Counted from the stretch's first letter, positions 30,323-41,254 are shown. The stretch is 64,000 nt of DNA from Flavobacteriaceae bacterium UBA2765 (GCA_002352665.1 DEIV01000007.1:39766-103765); one strand, 5' to 3'. Made by a program: numbers and translations. The notes: generated from the sequence alone by a model not told the origin.

Positions 30323-31951
30323 ATGAAATACATAATATATCTATATTTTATAATTTATTCAATGCTATCTTGTACACTAGTTATATCACAAGAAATAACT
30401 TTAAGCATGATAGCCGAACAATAAAAGTTATGCAAAGCAGATTACTTGGTTAAGCGTATTGATGAAAATATTCATAAGTTGGATACACTTTCACTTCAAG
30501 AGATAAAGAATATTTATGAAGAGAATTATCATTATTACGCTAATAATAAGGAAAAGATTATAATGAATTATAATCAATGGCTCAAAAAAGAAGATTCACT
30601 TTTTAATTCATTACAAAAACGATATAAAACTGAAGATGAAAAAACAATAACTAAAGAGGATACCTATTTAAATTTGGTAAATAATAACCATCTCATGTAT
30701 AGAGATACTTTACAAAATGGTGTCTATTTTGAACAAATTTTCAAAAATAAAACACATGCTATAAAAATGATTGGAAGAAATAATGGAAGTACTGTTTATA
30801 ATTTTTCTTCCGATAAAACAATTAGCCCATTTTATTTTTTAAATTTTGATTCAAAAAGAGAAGCTAATATTACAAATATCTATTATCACGATTCTCAAGA
30901 AAAGAATGTGCCAATAAAATTAGATAATTATGGTATTCAACTCAATCCCATTCCTATTCCTCTATTGAAACATGTTGACAGTATTGATTTACATATTACA
31001 GTAAAATATCTAACAAAAGTTGATACATTACGTTTTAATATAAATGAGATTGGAGTTGAAAAAAAAGGATTTTCACTATTGAAGATGGAAGATAATTATC
31101 TTGAATATTCTGCACCTTATAATTACAGTAGCTATTATAGAGGGAAAGTTCTTGAAGAAGAATTTTACAATGAAAAAGGAGAGGTTTTAGATGAAAAGTA
31201 TGGTATAACAAATATTACTATAGAAAATGCTGAAGATAGTTATCTAAAAAGATTAGGATATTTTGAAAATTCATATCTTTTAATTAAAGGGTTAAAAAAA
31301 CGAGAGAATATTTACAATGCATTAAAATATATTGAGCTACTACGTACAAACAAATATTTGCAATCAAATACAAAACAACGTCAGGTTCTAGAGGGCAATG
31401 TTAAATCATTAAAGTTGTATATAGAAAATCAAAGAGATTCCTTGTCTTTTGATGTGAGGATTAGAAATATTTCTCCTGCTAAAAACATGTATGTTCATAG
31501 ATTTAATGATAAAACTGAATTTATAGATAAAAACGGTAAAATGCTTTTTCAAATTCCTAGTGATATCTCATTTTTATACAGCTCATCCGGGAGAAACTAC
31601 TCTGAAAACTATTTTTATGTAACAGATAGTGAAAACATAAAAACTTACTATTTTTTGGATTCAAAAAATAAAATTAAAGTAAAATTACCCAATAAAGAAA
31701 TAGGTTTTGTCTGCCCATCTTTGCTATACGCGATTGGTTCAGATAATAAAATGCAACTTATGAGTACTGACCAAAATAAGGTGCTACTAGATAAATATTT
31801 TATATATTTTCAAAAATACCATTATATAGAAAAGAGTATACAAATGCATACACAAGAAAATATTTATTACCTATTCGACCAAAACAACCAACTAATAAAT
31901 CCCAAGACTTCCACACCAATAACAAAAATTACTTTAAAAAAAATAGAATGA
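30323..31951 (+). pseudogene. Large exported protein with an in-frame nonsense codon after the signal peptide
   Basis: ATG 30323 (MKYIIYLYFIIYSMLSCTLVISQE) is in frame with ORF 30446-31951 but interrupted by TAA 30422-30424. WG-repeat-like FIDKNGK near the C-terminus. Confidence 0.7.
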
Positions 31952-33507
31952 AAAGTTTAGTTAGCGTACACTTGATAATAATGTTAGTTATTTCAAATCT
32001 ATATGTAATTGCCCAAGCTGAAAAAAGTATGGTGCAACCTGAATATAGTATAGGTGATTATGGCATATCGCTAAAAAATAAAAAAATTGGCAGACTAGAA
32101 TATTATGATTGTAGTGACGAGAATTACCATGCAGAATGCTATGGTTATTTTGAAATACCTGAAGTGAATTTTAAAACTACTTGTCTATATATAATTGGTA
32201 AGGAAGTATTATTGGTTGAAGATCAGGCTTTCGATACAAATACACTACAAGCCATTGAATTGGGAAGGTCTTGGAAAGAAGCTACAAAAAAAGATGCATT
32301 GTATTTTGATAAAAACGGTTTATATAGAAGGCTATTTGCACAAAATAAAATTATAGATTTAAAAGAATATACCCATTTAGAAAGTCACTTTTTCACAAAA
32401 GGGAAAGAATTGTTTTTTGCTGATATTTATGGGTTTTATAAAATTGATAAAACTCAAAAATTAGATTTTAAGAGTATAAAACTAATTGCAGGAAATTACT
32501 TTATGGATAAAAATGGATTTTATTTCTCCAATATTTACAGTGTTGATAATGGTGGAGAAATTGACCGTATCGAGTATATTAAAATTCAAGATAGCGTTGC
32601 AAACCCAGAAATTAGTATTACTGATGATTATTGTGTAATAAATAAAAAAGTTTATACACTACACAGTCAGTTGCAAGAACTCAATTTAGATTACCGTAAA
32701 ATACAGAAATTAGTGATTGATGAGTATGACGGAAAAATAGTGCTTTCTGATGGTCTTAACGTTTATCATCGCTACCAATCTAATTATACTTTTGAAAAAA
32801 TTGATTGCAATAGTGAAAATAAAAGAAAAAAATTGTATTGTTTAGAAAAAGAATTTTCAAAAATAAGATTGTTAAGAGATACTGAATACAATGAGTATCA
32901 TTTTGATATTGATAATGGAATACTCTATTTTGATAAAAAAGATTCGAAAATGGAATTCGAAAACCCTAGTGGTACTATTTTCGAATTTGAAGATGGTTAT
33001 TATCTATATGATGATAATTGGTACGTAACTAGAATAAATGAAGTAAAGATTTGGGACTCTAATAAAGAGGCTTACCAAAATCTAGAAAGAGAAAATTATC
33101 AATTTGTTAGTAGAGAAAAATATTATTATAAAGGAAAACTCTATGGAAGTCATTCAAGACTAGAACAGAAAAAATTTAATATTAATAGCTTAAAAACAAT
33201 TAAAGCTTTTGGACGTGATTATATTGCTGATGATAAAATATTGATTGATTTTAACGAAAGTAAAAAACTGAATATAGCGAAGCTTAAAGTTTTAAAAATG
33301 TCAGATGGAGAGCCTACAAATTATCTTACTGATGGTAAAAATTTAGTTTATAAAAATCAACTAATTGAGAATTTTGAGAGTATCGATGTTAAAGTTGTCA
33401 ATCAAGATTTATTAATAACTAAAAATAATATTTACTCAAAAGGAGAAGTAATTAGTAGAGAAAAATTTAAGATCCCAATAAAATTTTTAAGTCATGAAAA
33501 AAAATAA
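31948..33507 (+). CDS. Exported protein with degenerate DKNYY-like repeats
   Basis: Signal peptide (LYVIA-Q); LYFDKNGLY, YFMDKNGFYF and YLTDGKNLVYKN. Confidence 0.7.
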   Translation: MKSLVSVHLIIMLVISNLYVIAQAEKSMVQPEYSIGDYGISLKNKKIGRLEYYDCSDENYHAECYGYFEIPEVNFKTTCLYIIGKEVLLVEDQAFDTNTLQAIELGRSWKEATKKDALYFDKNGLYRRLFAQNKIIDLKEYTHLESHFFTKGKELFFADIYGFYKIDKTQKLDFKSIKLIAGNYFMDKNGFYFSNIYSVDNGGEIDRIEYIKIQDSVANPEISITDDYCVINKKVYTLHSQLQELNLDYRKIQKLVIDEYDGKIVLSDGLNVYHRYQSNYTFEKIDCNSENKRKKLYCLEKEFSKIRLLRDTEYNEYHFDIDNGILYFDKKDSKMEFENPSGTIFEFEDGYYLYDDNWYVTRINEVKIWDSNKEAYQNLERENYQFVSREKYYYKGKLYGSHSRLEQKKFNINSLKTIKAFGRDYIADDKILIDFNESKKLNIAKLKVLKMSDGEPTNYLTDGKNLVYKNQLIENFESIDVKVVNQDLLITKNNIYSKGEVISREKFKIPIKFLSHEKK

Positions 33508-33625
33508 AACCTTCCTATTTATTCTTTTAGTTTTAATACATTTTTCAGGATACAATCAAGAAGAATTTTCTGAGGTATTCAAATTTACATTAACTCCTAA
33601 CAAATATATATTAGTTTATTATTAA
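33494..33625 (+). pseudogene. 43-codon N-terminal stub of an exported-protein gene
   Basis: MKKNKTFLFILLVLIHFSGYNQEE resembles a signal peptide; overlaps the upstream stop and terminates early. Confidence 0.45.
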
Positions 33626-33697
33626 AGCACAAATTCTCACTAATTTTATAGTATGAAAAGAATCAAATTATAATTTTGAAAACAGCAAGTGTAAAAA

Positions 33698-34984
33698 ATG
33701 AAAAAAAATATTTTCATAATAATATTATTTTGTCTAGTAGTTGACTTTTTGAATGCTCAAAATCATAAAGCATATTATAAAAATGGACAATTAAGAGAAA
33801 TAGGAACTTTAAAAAACGAAAAAGAGATAGGTGAATGGAAATGGTATTTTGAAAATGGTCAGTTAGAATCTGTAGGTAGTTATGAAAAAGGTCATCAAAC
33901 GGGACAGTGGAAAGAATATTATAGCAATGGAAAATTAAGAAGAATTAGAAATTTTATCAACGGGTTTTTAATAGGAAAATCAACTACTTATCATTTAAAT
34001 GGAAGGATTATGTTAGCAGGAAGTTATGATGATAATGGTGAAAAGATTGGCGTATGGAAAAAGTACCATTCAGATGAAAAACTTATAGGAATTTCAATCT
34101 GTAAAAATGGAAAAGAGTTTAAAAATGGAGAATGGAAATACTACGATGAAGATGGGAAAATAAAGAAAATTGAAAACTATAATTACGGAGTTAAGACTGG
34201 CAAATGGGAATTTTATGATTACTACGGTAGTATTTATTCCATTGAATATTACAAAAATGGAAAAGAAACTGGAGAGTGGAAGATGTTTAATGCTAATGGG
34301 CAGATTAAATCAATAAAAAACTTTAGCAATGGAAAACTAAATGGGTTAAGGAAAGAGCATTATAGTACAGGAGTAGTTATTACAAAAAATTATAAAGATG
34401 ACAGACTCCATGGCGAATGGAATTCATGTAAAGAGAATGGGGTTTGTTTTGAAATAGGTTATTATAAACATGATGAAAAGCATGGAAATTGGACTGATTT
34501 TTATGATAACGGGCAAATCGAAAAGGTGCAATTGTGGAAAGAGAATAAATTAATGGAGGTCATTTCTTATTTTGACGATAAGGGAATGCCTTTAGATAAA
34601 GGCACCTTAAAAGATGGTAATGGTACCGTAAAAAAGTATTATGCTGATGGTGAGTTAATATCTATAACAGAATATGTAAATGGTGAAGAGTTTGACTGGA
34701 ATAATTCAGGCCAACTCAACAACTTAGCATGGAATGCCTATGAAAATGAAACCGATAATGAAATACTAAAAAAAGCTATAAAATGGATACAACGTTCCAT
34801 TGAGTTAGATAAAAATTACTATAATGTTGATACTTTTGCAGCTTTACTATATAAAACGGGTAACTTTAAACAAGCATTAACTAATGCTGAACAAGCTATA
34901 AAAATTGCAAAAAAAGAGGAGTATGATTACAGTTCTACAACAAAGCTTATTGAACTGATACATTTGAAAATGAAAAAATATTAA
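33698..34984 (+). CDS. Exported MORN-variant repeat protein with a C-terminal TPR-like module
   Basis: Signal peptide (VDFLNA-Q), many GEWK.Y..NGQL repeats, and C-terminal LNNLAWNAYE...AIKWIQRSIELDKNYYNVDTFAALLYKTG. Confidence 0.85.
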   Translation: MKKNIFIIILFCLVVDFLNAQNHKAYYKNGQLREIGTLKNEKEIGEWKWYFENGQLESVGSYEKGHQTGQWKEYYSNGKLRRIRNFINGFLIGKSTTYHLNGRIMLAGSYDDNGEKIGVWKKYHSDEKLIGISICKNGKEFKNGEWKYYDEDGKIKKIENYNYGVKTGKWEFYDYYGSIYSIEYYKNGKETGEWKMFNANGQIKSIKNFSNGKLNGLRKEHYSTGVVITKNYKDDRLHGEWNSCKENGVCFEIGYYKHDEKHGNWTDFYDNGQIEKVQLWKENKLMEVISYFDDKGMPLDKGTLKDGNGTVKKYYADGELISITEYVNGEEFDWNNSGQLNNLAWNAYENETDNEILKKAIKWIQRSIELDKNYYNVDTFAALLYKTGNFKQALTNAEQAIKIAKKEEYDYSSTTKLIELIHLKMKKY

Positions 34985-35008
34985 TTTTAGAAGATTATTC
35001 CAAAATCT

Positions 35009-35034
35009 AAAAACTGCATTATTGCGGTTTTTTT
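35009..35034 (+). terminator. Intrinsic terminator
   Basis: AAAAACTGCA-ttat-TGCGGTTTTTTT. Confidence 0.75.
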
Positions 35035-35269
35035 ATGCTCATCAATTCAAGCGAATATAAACTAACAACTTACATAAATATATTGGTACTTTAGTTATAG
35101 CTCTTTACAAACTAATTTTGAAATGGAAAATGACAATAATTGCTTAATAAATAGGTTATTGATATGAAATCTAATATTGAAATGAAAAAAAATATAGACT
35201 TACCATTTATGTTTTTGATGGTTAATTAAGGAAAAAATTAACAGCTATTAAAAGGGAAAAAGTCAACAA

Positions 35270-38200
35270 ATGACAGTAGATATTATAAAAAAAGCACTAG
35301 TAACACTAACAATATTGTTTATTGCTATAAATGTAAAGGCACAGCATCAAAAATTTGATGAAGGCTTTATACAAGTACACAAAGAAATGCAAGCCATAAA
35401 CCCTTTACTTTTTGAAAACAAAGGTGTTGCAAAACCAATAAGCAAAGTTCCTTGGAAACAAAAAGAATTATTAGCTATTGAAAAAGGAACGATAATAAAG
35501 GTATTAGCCTATGAAGCAAAAGCAAGTATCTTTTATATTTATTTTGTGTTTATCCAAAATGAAATAGGAGACAATAGCATTGAAGTTTATGAAGTTGATT
35601 ATGCTGACCATAAACCTTACAAGGTGTTTTCATTTACTACCGAATATGAAGATGCAGAGAGTTGGAGTGCATATAGTGATAATGAAGTGATAATGAAGAG
35701 TGGATATCTCTATTTTGACAGTGATAGCACAGATGATTCTGGCTATTATTATAAATTCAAGTATAAACTTGGTGAAAAATCAAAAGTAGAAGATGCAGGA
35801 TATTTAGAAGGATATATAGATACTTTTTATAGAACCGATAATCATACTCGCACTGCTTCTGCCGAAGCAATTAACGGAGAATTGAGTATTATATATTCTG
35901 AAACTGATATAACAGAAATAGAATTTGTAACTAAAGGTTTTGAAAATGGGTTTTATATAGGAAACCTTTCTTGGTCTCTAGATGATAAAATCTTATATTT
36001 TGATAATTATGCAAGCGGTCTTGCTTGTATTTGGCGGTATAATATAGAAAGCAAAGAACTTTCTAAGATAGTGCCTGAACACGATGCAGAACATCCCTTT
36101 GCTTTTACATACAATTACAAAGAATATGTCTTTTATATAGAAGAAAATACAATAAAGGTAGCCACCAGTAAAAAGAAAGCTCGTGTTCCAAAAATAACAG
36201 ATCCAATAGGTGTTTATGAAAAATCAAAACTACAAACATTGGTAACAAATGATTTTGAAATTGCTGAAATAAAAAGATCTAGTGATAGAGCGTATACCTA
36301 CGTAACTGGCACAACTCAATATAACAGTTCTGGTACTCAAGTGTTTTCTGTTTTTTTAATAGAAAAAATGAGTAAAATAGTTTCGAAAATCAGTATGAAA
36401 ATATTGGGACTGCGTGATTATACAAAGTTAAAATCGTTAAACAACATAAATATAGATGCAATAGATGAAGCAATGAAAATACCTATTGGGGATGGAGATT
36501 GTTGTCATACAGACAATACTATTTTGTTTTTTAGAAAAAAAGACCAACTCATAAACGGTTTGCAAATAATATCTTTACATGGCGAAGAGGGCGAATATGA
36601 TACAAGAAAAATAATAACATCAAAGAATCTATTAAATCAAATTTGGATAGAAAATACTGTAGGGCATACTGGTTATGAAGATGATTCAAAACATAATTAT
36701 TTTATCAATATAGAAAAATACAAGTTTCAAAATGATAGTTTGGTTTTAATGAATCCTAAACAAGAAGATGATTACTATTATATAATTGCCAAAAACGGAC
36801 TAAATGCACGTAACAGTCCCTATTTTTCTGGTGAAAAAATAAAAGTGTTAGATTTTGGTGCAAAAGTAAAAGTATTGAATAAAACTGACTTTACCCATGA
36901 ATTATGGGACGGTAGTAAATTAGTAAAAGGAAATTGGGTTCAAATTGAAATTGAAAATAATGACGAAAAATTCACAGCATATGTCTTTGATGGCTATTTG
37001 AATAAAGAATTAGTCAATGTTAATACAGATGCAGAAGCTACGATTGCAAATGGTGAATGGAGATGGTATTATACTATTGGACAATTAGGCGAACTCGGAT
37101 TTTACAAAAATGGAGAAAAAGATGGCAAATGGAAATGGTTTTTTAAAAATGGAGCTTTAAAAGCAATTGGGAGCTATAAAGATGGAAAACCTGTAGGTCA
37201 AAGAAAATGGTATTATAATAATGATAAATTATACTGTACAGGACAATATAGTGATGGGAAAAAAGATGGAGGATGGCTTTGGTACTCTAATGATAAACCT
37301 AGACTTAGTATTACTTTTGATAAAGGTAATGTTGCTCAATTTAAAGTTTTTGATAAGCAAGAAAATGAAATCTTAAAAACCAAAAACACCGGTATTTCAA
37401 AAGTTGCCTTTACCGAATCTTATGATTATAGACATGTTTTTGAAGTACGCATTGAAAATCCAGATGATTTTAATGTATATTTTGATGGTCATTATATGTC
37501 TATTGGGAAACGAAAAAACAATAAAAAATCTGGGGAAAGTAAAAGTTATGAAAACGGAAAACTAAAAAGAATAGCACATTATAAAGCGGGTTTGAAAACA
37601 GGAAAATGGGAACACTATCTGGGCGATGAAGAAAGATTGCACTTTTCAGAACACTATAAAAATGACAAGAGAACAGGAAAATACAAATACTATCATAATA
37701 ACGGGCAATTACAATTTTCTGGGAAATATAGTAATGGTATTGAAGTAGGTAACTGGAAAAGCTATTATGATAATGGACAAATAAAAAGGAAAAGTAAATA
37801 TATTCTTGGTAATAAAGATGGTAAATGGAAGATGTATTATGAGAACGGACAATTAATGAGTACCAGCCATTACAAAGATGATAAGTATCATGGAGAATAT
37901 TTAGATTATTATGAAAATGGAAAAATTAAAGAAAAAGGCAACTATAGTAATGGAAACAAGGAAGGCAATTGGAAAGCATATCGCGAAAACGGAATTTTAA
38001 AAGAATTAACTCCGTATAAAAATGATAAAATTCATGGAGAGTGGACAGAATATGATGATGATCAAATTTTAATGTCACGTACGCAAATAAAAGATGGAGA
38101 TTTTAAAAATTTACACAAAACTAGTTTTTATCCTAACGGACAAATACGAGCTATAGGGTCTTCAGACAATGGTTCAGAATTTGGCGAATGGAAATTATAT

Positions 38201-39139
38201 TATGAAAATGGGCAACAAAAAGAAGTAAAGAATTATAAAGATGGTAAAGAAGATGGTGAATGGAAATTATATTATGAAAGTGGACAATTAAAAGCACAAG
38301 GGCAATTTATCAAAGGAGATAGAGATGGTAAATTTATTTGGTATAAAGAAGATGGCAAAATAAAAGATGCTACGGAATATAAATACAACTCTCAATATGT
38401 AATGGGAGAATGGAAGTATTTTGATAATGGAAATCTAGAATCGGTTGAACTTTATCAGAGAGATGAGTTGGTAGAATGGAGATATTATTATGAATCTGGG
38501 CAGTTAAAAGAAGTAAGACAGTACTATAAAAAGAGAACAAGAACTGGAGAATGGAAATATTATTATAAAAGCGGACAATTAAGACTTCTTGCCCATTACA
38601 ATGATGAAATACCTCAAGGTGAGTTTAAATTATATCATGAAAATGGGCAATTGTATAAAACTCAAATTTGGGAATATTATAAAAAGCTAATGAAGGTCAA
38701 TTCCTGTTTTGATGCCAAAGGAAATGCATTAAATATAGGTACATTAAAAAATGGAACAGGCACTGTAAATGAATATAATGCCAAGGGAGAACTCATTAAC
38801 ACAGTTGAATATATAGAAGGTAAAAAAGCAGAGCATAATGTATCATTAGATGATGCTTGGAATGATAGTGATAAACTCAATTCACTTGCTTGGAAAATTT
38901 ATGAAGAAGAAACCTATAAAGTAAAACTTGACTTGGCCATTAAATGGGTACAACGTTCTATTGAATTAGGTGAAAATTACTATAACACAGATACCTATGC
39001 CGCTTTATTATATAAAACAGGTAAGTATAAACAAGCCTTAAAAGTTGCTAAAAATGCCATAAAAATGGCTAAAAAAACAAATACAAAGTATAAAGTAACC
39101 CAAGAACTTATTGATAAAATAAATATGAAGCTTAACTAA
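35270..39139 (+). CDS. 1289-aa mosaic exported protein: TolB/PD40-like segment, SH3b domain, long MORN array, TPR-like C-terminus
   Basis: Signal peptide (AINVKA-Q); NLSWSLDDKILYFD; SH3b-like KNGLNARNSP...GNWVQIE...AYVFDGYL; long run of MORN repeats; C-terminal module paralogous to 33698-34984. Confidence 0.85.
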   Translation: MTVDIIKKALVTLTILFIAINVKAQHQKFDEGFIQVHKEMQAINPLLFENKGVAKPISKVPWKQKELLAIEKGTIIKVLAYEAKASIFYIYFVFIQNEIGDNSIEVYEVDYADHKPYKVFSFTTEYEDAESWSAYSDNEVIMKSGYLYFDSDSTDDSGYYYKFKYKLGEKSKVEDAGYLEGYIDTFYRTDNHTRTASAEAINGELSIIYSETDITEIEFVTKGFENGFYIGNLSWSLDDKILYFDNYASGLACIWRYNIESKELSKIVPEHDAEHPFAFTYNYKEYVFYIEENTIKVATSKKKARVPKITDPIGVYEKSKLQTLVTNDFEIAEIKRSSDRAYTYVTGTTQYNSSGTQVFSVFLIEKMSKIVSKISMKILGLRDYTKLKSLNNINIDAIDEAMKIPIGDGDCCHTDNTILFFRKKDQLINGLQIISLHGEEGEYDTRKIITSKNLLNQIWIENTVGHTGYEDDSKHNYFINIEKYKFQNDSLVLMNPKQEDDYYYIIAKNGLNARNSPYFSGEKIKVLDFGAKVKVLNKTDFTHELWDGSKLVKGNWVQIEIENNDEKFTAYVFDGYLNKELVNVNTDAEATIANGEWRWYYTIGQLGELGFYKNGEKDGKWKWFFKNGALKAIGSYKDGKPVGQRKWYYNNDKLYCTGQYSDGKKDGGWLWYSNDKPRLSITFDKGNVAQFKVFDKQENEILKTKNTGISKVAFTESYDYRHVFEVRIENPDDFNVYFDGHYMSIGKRKNNKKSGESKSYENGKLKRIAHYKAGLKTGKWEHYLGDEERLHFSEHYKNDKRTGKYKYYHNNGQLQFSGKYSNGIEVGNWKSYYDNGQIKRKSKYILGNKDGKWKMYYENGQLMSTSHYKDDKYHGEYLDYYENGKIKEKGNYSNGNKEGNWKAYRENGILKELTPYKNDKIHGEWTEYDDDQILMSRTQIKDGDFKNLHKTSFYPNGQIRAIGSSDNGSEFGEWKLYYENGQQKEVKNYKDGKEDGEWKLYYESGQLKAQGQFIKGDRDGKFIWYKEDGKIKDATEYKYNSQYVMGEWKYFDNGNLESVELYQRDELVEWRYYYESGQLKEVRQYYKKRTRTGEWKYYYKSGQLRLLAHYNDEIPQGEFKLYHENGQLYKTQIWEYYKKLMKVNSCFDAKGNALNIGTLKNGTGTVNEYNAKGELINTVEYIEGKKAEHNVSLDDAWNDSDKLNSLAWKIYEEETYKVKLDLAIKWVQRSIELGENYYNTDTYAALLYKTGKYKQALKVAKNAIKMAKKTNTKYKVTQELIDKINMKLN

Positions 39140-39227
39140 TATGAATAATAATAAAACACCACTTATTTTTATCACCTTACAACTTATTAGTTTTTTTAAT
39201 AATAACTTGGTTTTTTTATAATCAATT

Positions 39228-40058
39228 ATGAATAAAATACAACAATTATTAATACTACTAACTATACTATGTATAGGCTATAGTTGTACAACTCAAAATA
39301 AAGAAAATAAAGCGAATGATTTTACCAAGTGTGATACAAACCTAAAGCCAAAAGATACACTTCATATCACTAAAGTTAATAAAGACAGTATTTTATTTAC
39401 AGGCGTACTATACACTAATGTAAATCTTTTTCAGAATAAAAATGATAAAACATATACCGTTAAAGACGATAATCATAAAGTCTTATTAAAAAAAATGAAA
39501 CACTTTTCTAGAATTAATGGCGGGTTTCAAGCATTGAATGATGCATTAGAAATAGAATTTTACGATTTAAAATTAAATAAACTAAGCCAAGTACCAAAAC
39601 CAGAGATGTTGGAATTTTGTGGTAACGTTTCTGGTTGGAAAGTCAAAATAGAAGAAAAAGAAGATTATTATTTAGTTCAAAAGCTTGAAGGGCATAGTGG
39701 TAATTATGGTAGTACATGGCAAAATACAGATTCTATACCAAAGTTAAATAGTAAAGATATCTATTTTTTAGATAAAACTAAAAGCATAGAATTTAATGAA
39801 AATGTCTATTATCCGGAAACAATTATTATTGTATATGAAAATAGTATGGGAATACGGAAAAACAAAAAAACATATGTTTTTGATACTATTGATATTTCGA
39901 GTCTAAAAGTTCAGTGTAATGGGCTATTTGGCTATTTTGAAAAAACAGAAATAAAGTATAAAAAACTTAACCCATTTAAATATAATCTAGCTTCATTTGA
40001 ATTACCAGACGGAAGAGAAGGTTATATAGATAAATTAGGGAATGAATATTATAAATAA
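39228..40058 (+). CDS. Lipoprotein with a C-terminal WG-like repeat
   Basis: Lipobox-like IGYSC; ASFELPDGREGYIDKLG. Confidence 0.7.
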   Translation: MNKIQQLLILLTILCIGYSCTTQNKENKANDFTKCDTNLKPKDTLHITKVNKDSILFTGVLYTNVNLFQNKNDKTYTVKDDNHKVLLKKMKHFSRINGGFQALNDALEIEFYDLKLNKLSQVPKPEMLEFCGNVSGWKVKIEEKEDYYLVQKLEGHSGNYGSTWQNTDSIPKLNSKDIYFLDKTKSIEFNENVYYPETIIIVYENSMGIRKNKKTYVFDTIDISSLKVQCNGLFGYFEKTEIKYKKLNPFKYNLASFELPDGREGYIDKLGNEYYK

Positions 40059-40122
40059 GCAATGCTACTTTTGATTTATTTAACCATAAAAAAATTACTT
40101 AAAAACTATTATTTAGAAATAT

Positions 40123-40944
40123 ATGAAAAAAACACTATTCATATTATTGATGATATGCTTTTATTCTTGTAAAAAGGAAGATAAAGTACAAACTATAGAT
40201 ATAAAACAAGTTAAAGTATTAGATACTATATACTGTGATAGCAAACCAACAACTACAAAGAAAAAATTAGCAATGTATAATTCAGATTATACTTCTATCA
40301 TTAGTGTCTATCCACTAAAAGATCAAAAAATCACTGTTGCTAATGGACAAGATGTAGCAATTTGTTATCAAAATGAAATTGAGATTGTATTATTAAAAAA
40401 TAAAGATACTGTATATAATATAATTGTAAATATGGATACTATTTTCAATAATATTTCACCCTATGATAAAAGTATGTTTAAAGAAAAATTAAAAAACATA
40501 AAGCTTGATTCAATTTTTGTACGTTCACCTAGGGCAGAATACTTATATTATAATTGGAATTGTATAGATCATACAAATAATAAAGAGTATACTACAACAG
40601 ATGTATTTCAGTATATTGGTAAATCAGTAGGGAAGTTACGACCATATAATTTTAGCCGTTTGATTAACAGTTACCTCAAAGAGCAGACATTAGAGCAGAT
40701 TAATCAAAGTTTTGGTGCACCAATAGCTCAAGAAATATTTATAATGGATGGTAGTCTACCAGAGTTTAGAGGTAATCTTGAACATTATATTTCAAAAGAA
40801 GAGTATACAAAAGATTCCATTTCAATAAAAGAGGTTACATGGAGGATAAATAAAGATGATAATGTAACCATTTGGTATCAACAAAGAGAAAATAATTGGA
40901 AAGCTGTTGATGTTTTCAATTGGAATAAAAATGCAGAATTTTAA
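40123..40944 (+). CDS. Hypothetical lipoprotein
   Basis: Lipobox-like CFYSCKKED. Confidence 0.75.
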   Translation: MKKTLFILLMICFYSCKKEDKVQTIDIKQVKVLDTIYCDSKPTTTKKKLAMYNSDYTSIISVYPLKDQKITVANGQDVAICYQNEIEIVLLKNKDTVYNIIVNMDTIFNNISPYDKSMFKEKLKNIKLDSIFVRSPRAEYLYYNWNCIDHTNNKEYTTTDVFQYIGKSVGKLRPYNFSRLINSYLKEQTLEQINQSFGAPIAQEIFIMDGSLPEFRGNLEHYISKEEYTKDSISIKEVTWRINKDDNVTIWYQQRENNWKAVDVFNWNKNAEF

Positions 40945-41017
40945 TTATAGCAAAATAGATTGAAAAATAGAGGTTTTGGTTTTGAACAAAAAATCATTTC
41001 TCTTTATATCAAAAAAG

Positions 41018-41044
41018 AAGCGAGTTTCATTTTGAAACTCGCTT
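41018..41044. terminator. Hairpin terminator between the array and tRNA-Arg
   Basis: Perfect 12-bp arms AAGCGAGTTTCA-ttt-TGAAACTCGCTT, with an A-tract on the left (U-tract on the minus strand). Confidence 0.85.
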
Positions 41045-41059
41045 GTAATTAATTTTTTG

Positions 41060-41133
<74 letters not shown>

Positions 41134-41236
41134 ATTATGATTAGTTTTTGCTAATCATGAATGAAATTTTAATTTGTAACAAAGCTTATAATTTTCTTGA
41201 GAAAGTGAACTTTCAACGTATACCAATAGCTTTAGT

Positions 41237-41254
41237 TTGTCGTGATGGCAGAAT
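41237..41254 (-). repeat. Decayed copy of the tRNA-Pro 3' end (old att-like site)
   Basis: TTGTCGTGATGGCAGAAT vs TTGTCGGGGTGGCAGGAT, 15/18 identical. Confidence 0.5.

Noticed and set aside
28703-30424. Stop-codon reassignment or programmed read-through
   Set aside because: The interrupting codons are both TAA and TAG, which terminate normal genes throughout the window, and a frameshift co-occurs; decay is simpler.
37600-38700. Near-identical nucleotide repeats within the large MORN gene as a recombination or antigenic-variation system
   Set aside because: Fully explained by tandem MORN protein repeats; no invertible ends or silent cassettes were seen.
20124-39139. Classical toxin-antitoxin modules implied by the YwqK label
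   Set aside because: The proteins are exported MORN-repeat proteins with no adjacent recognisable toxin.
20124-40944. Integron (attC) or Xer/dif cassette array
   Set aside because: By eye I found no recurring intergenic recombination site and no recombinase. TTATGGTTAAAT near 23557 only loosely resembles a XerD arm. IntegronFinder or MEME on the spacers would be decisive.
41136-41159. Hairpin ATGATTAG-N6-CTAATCAT just upstream of tRNA-Arg as an ncRNA
   Set aside because: A short AT-rich stem, more likely a leader or processing structure; no family features.
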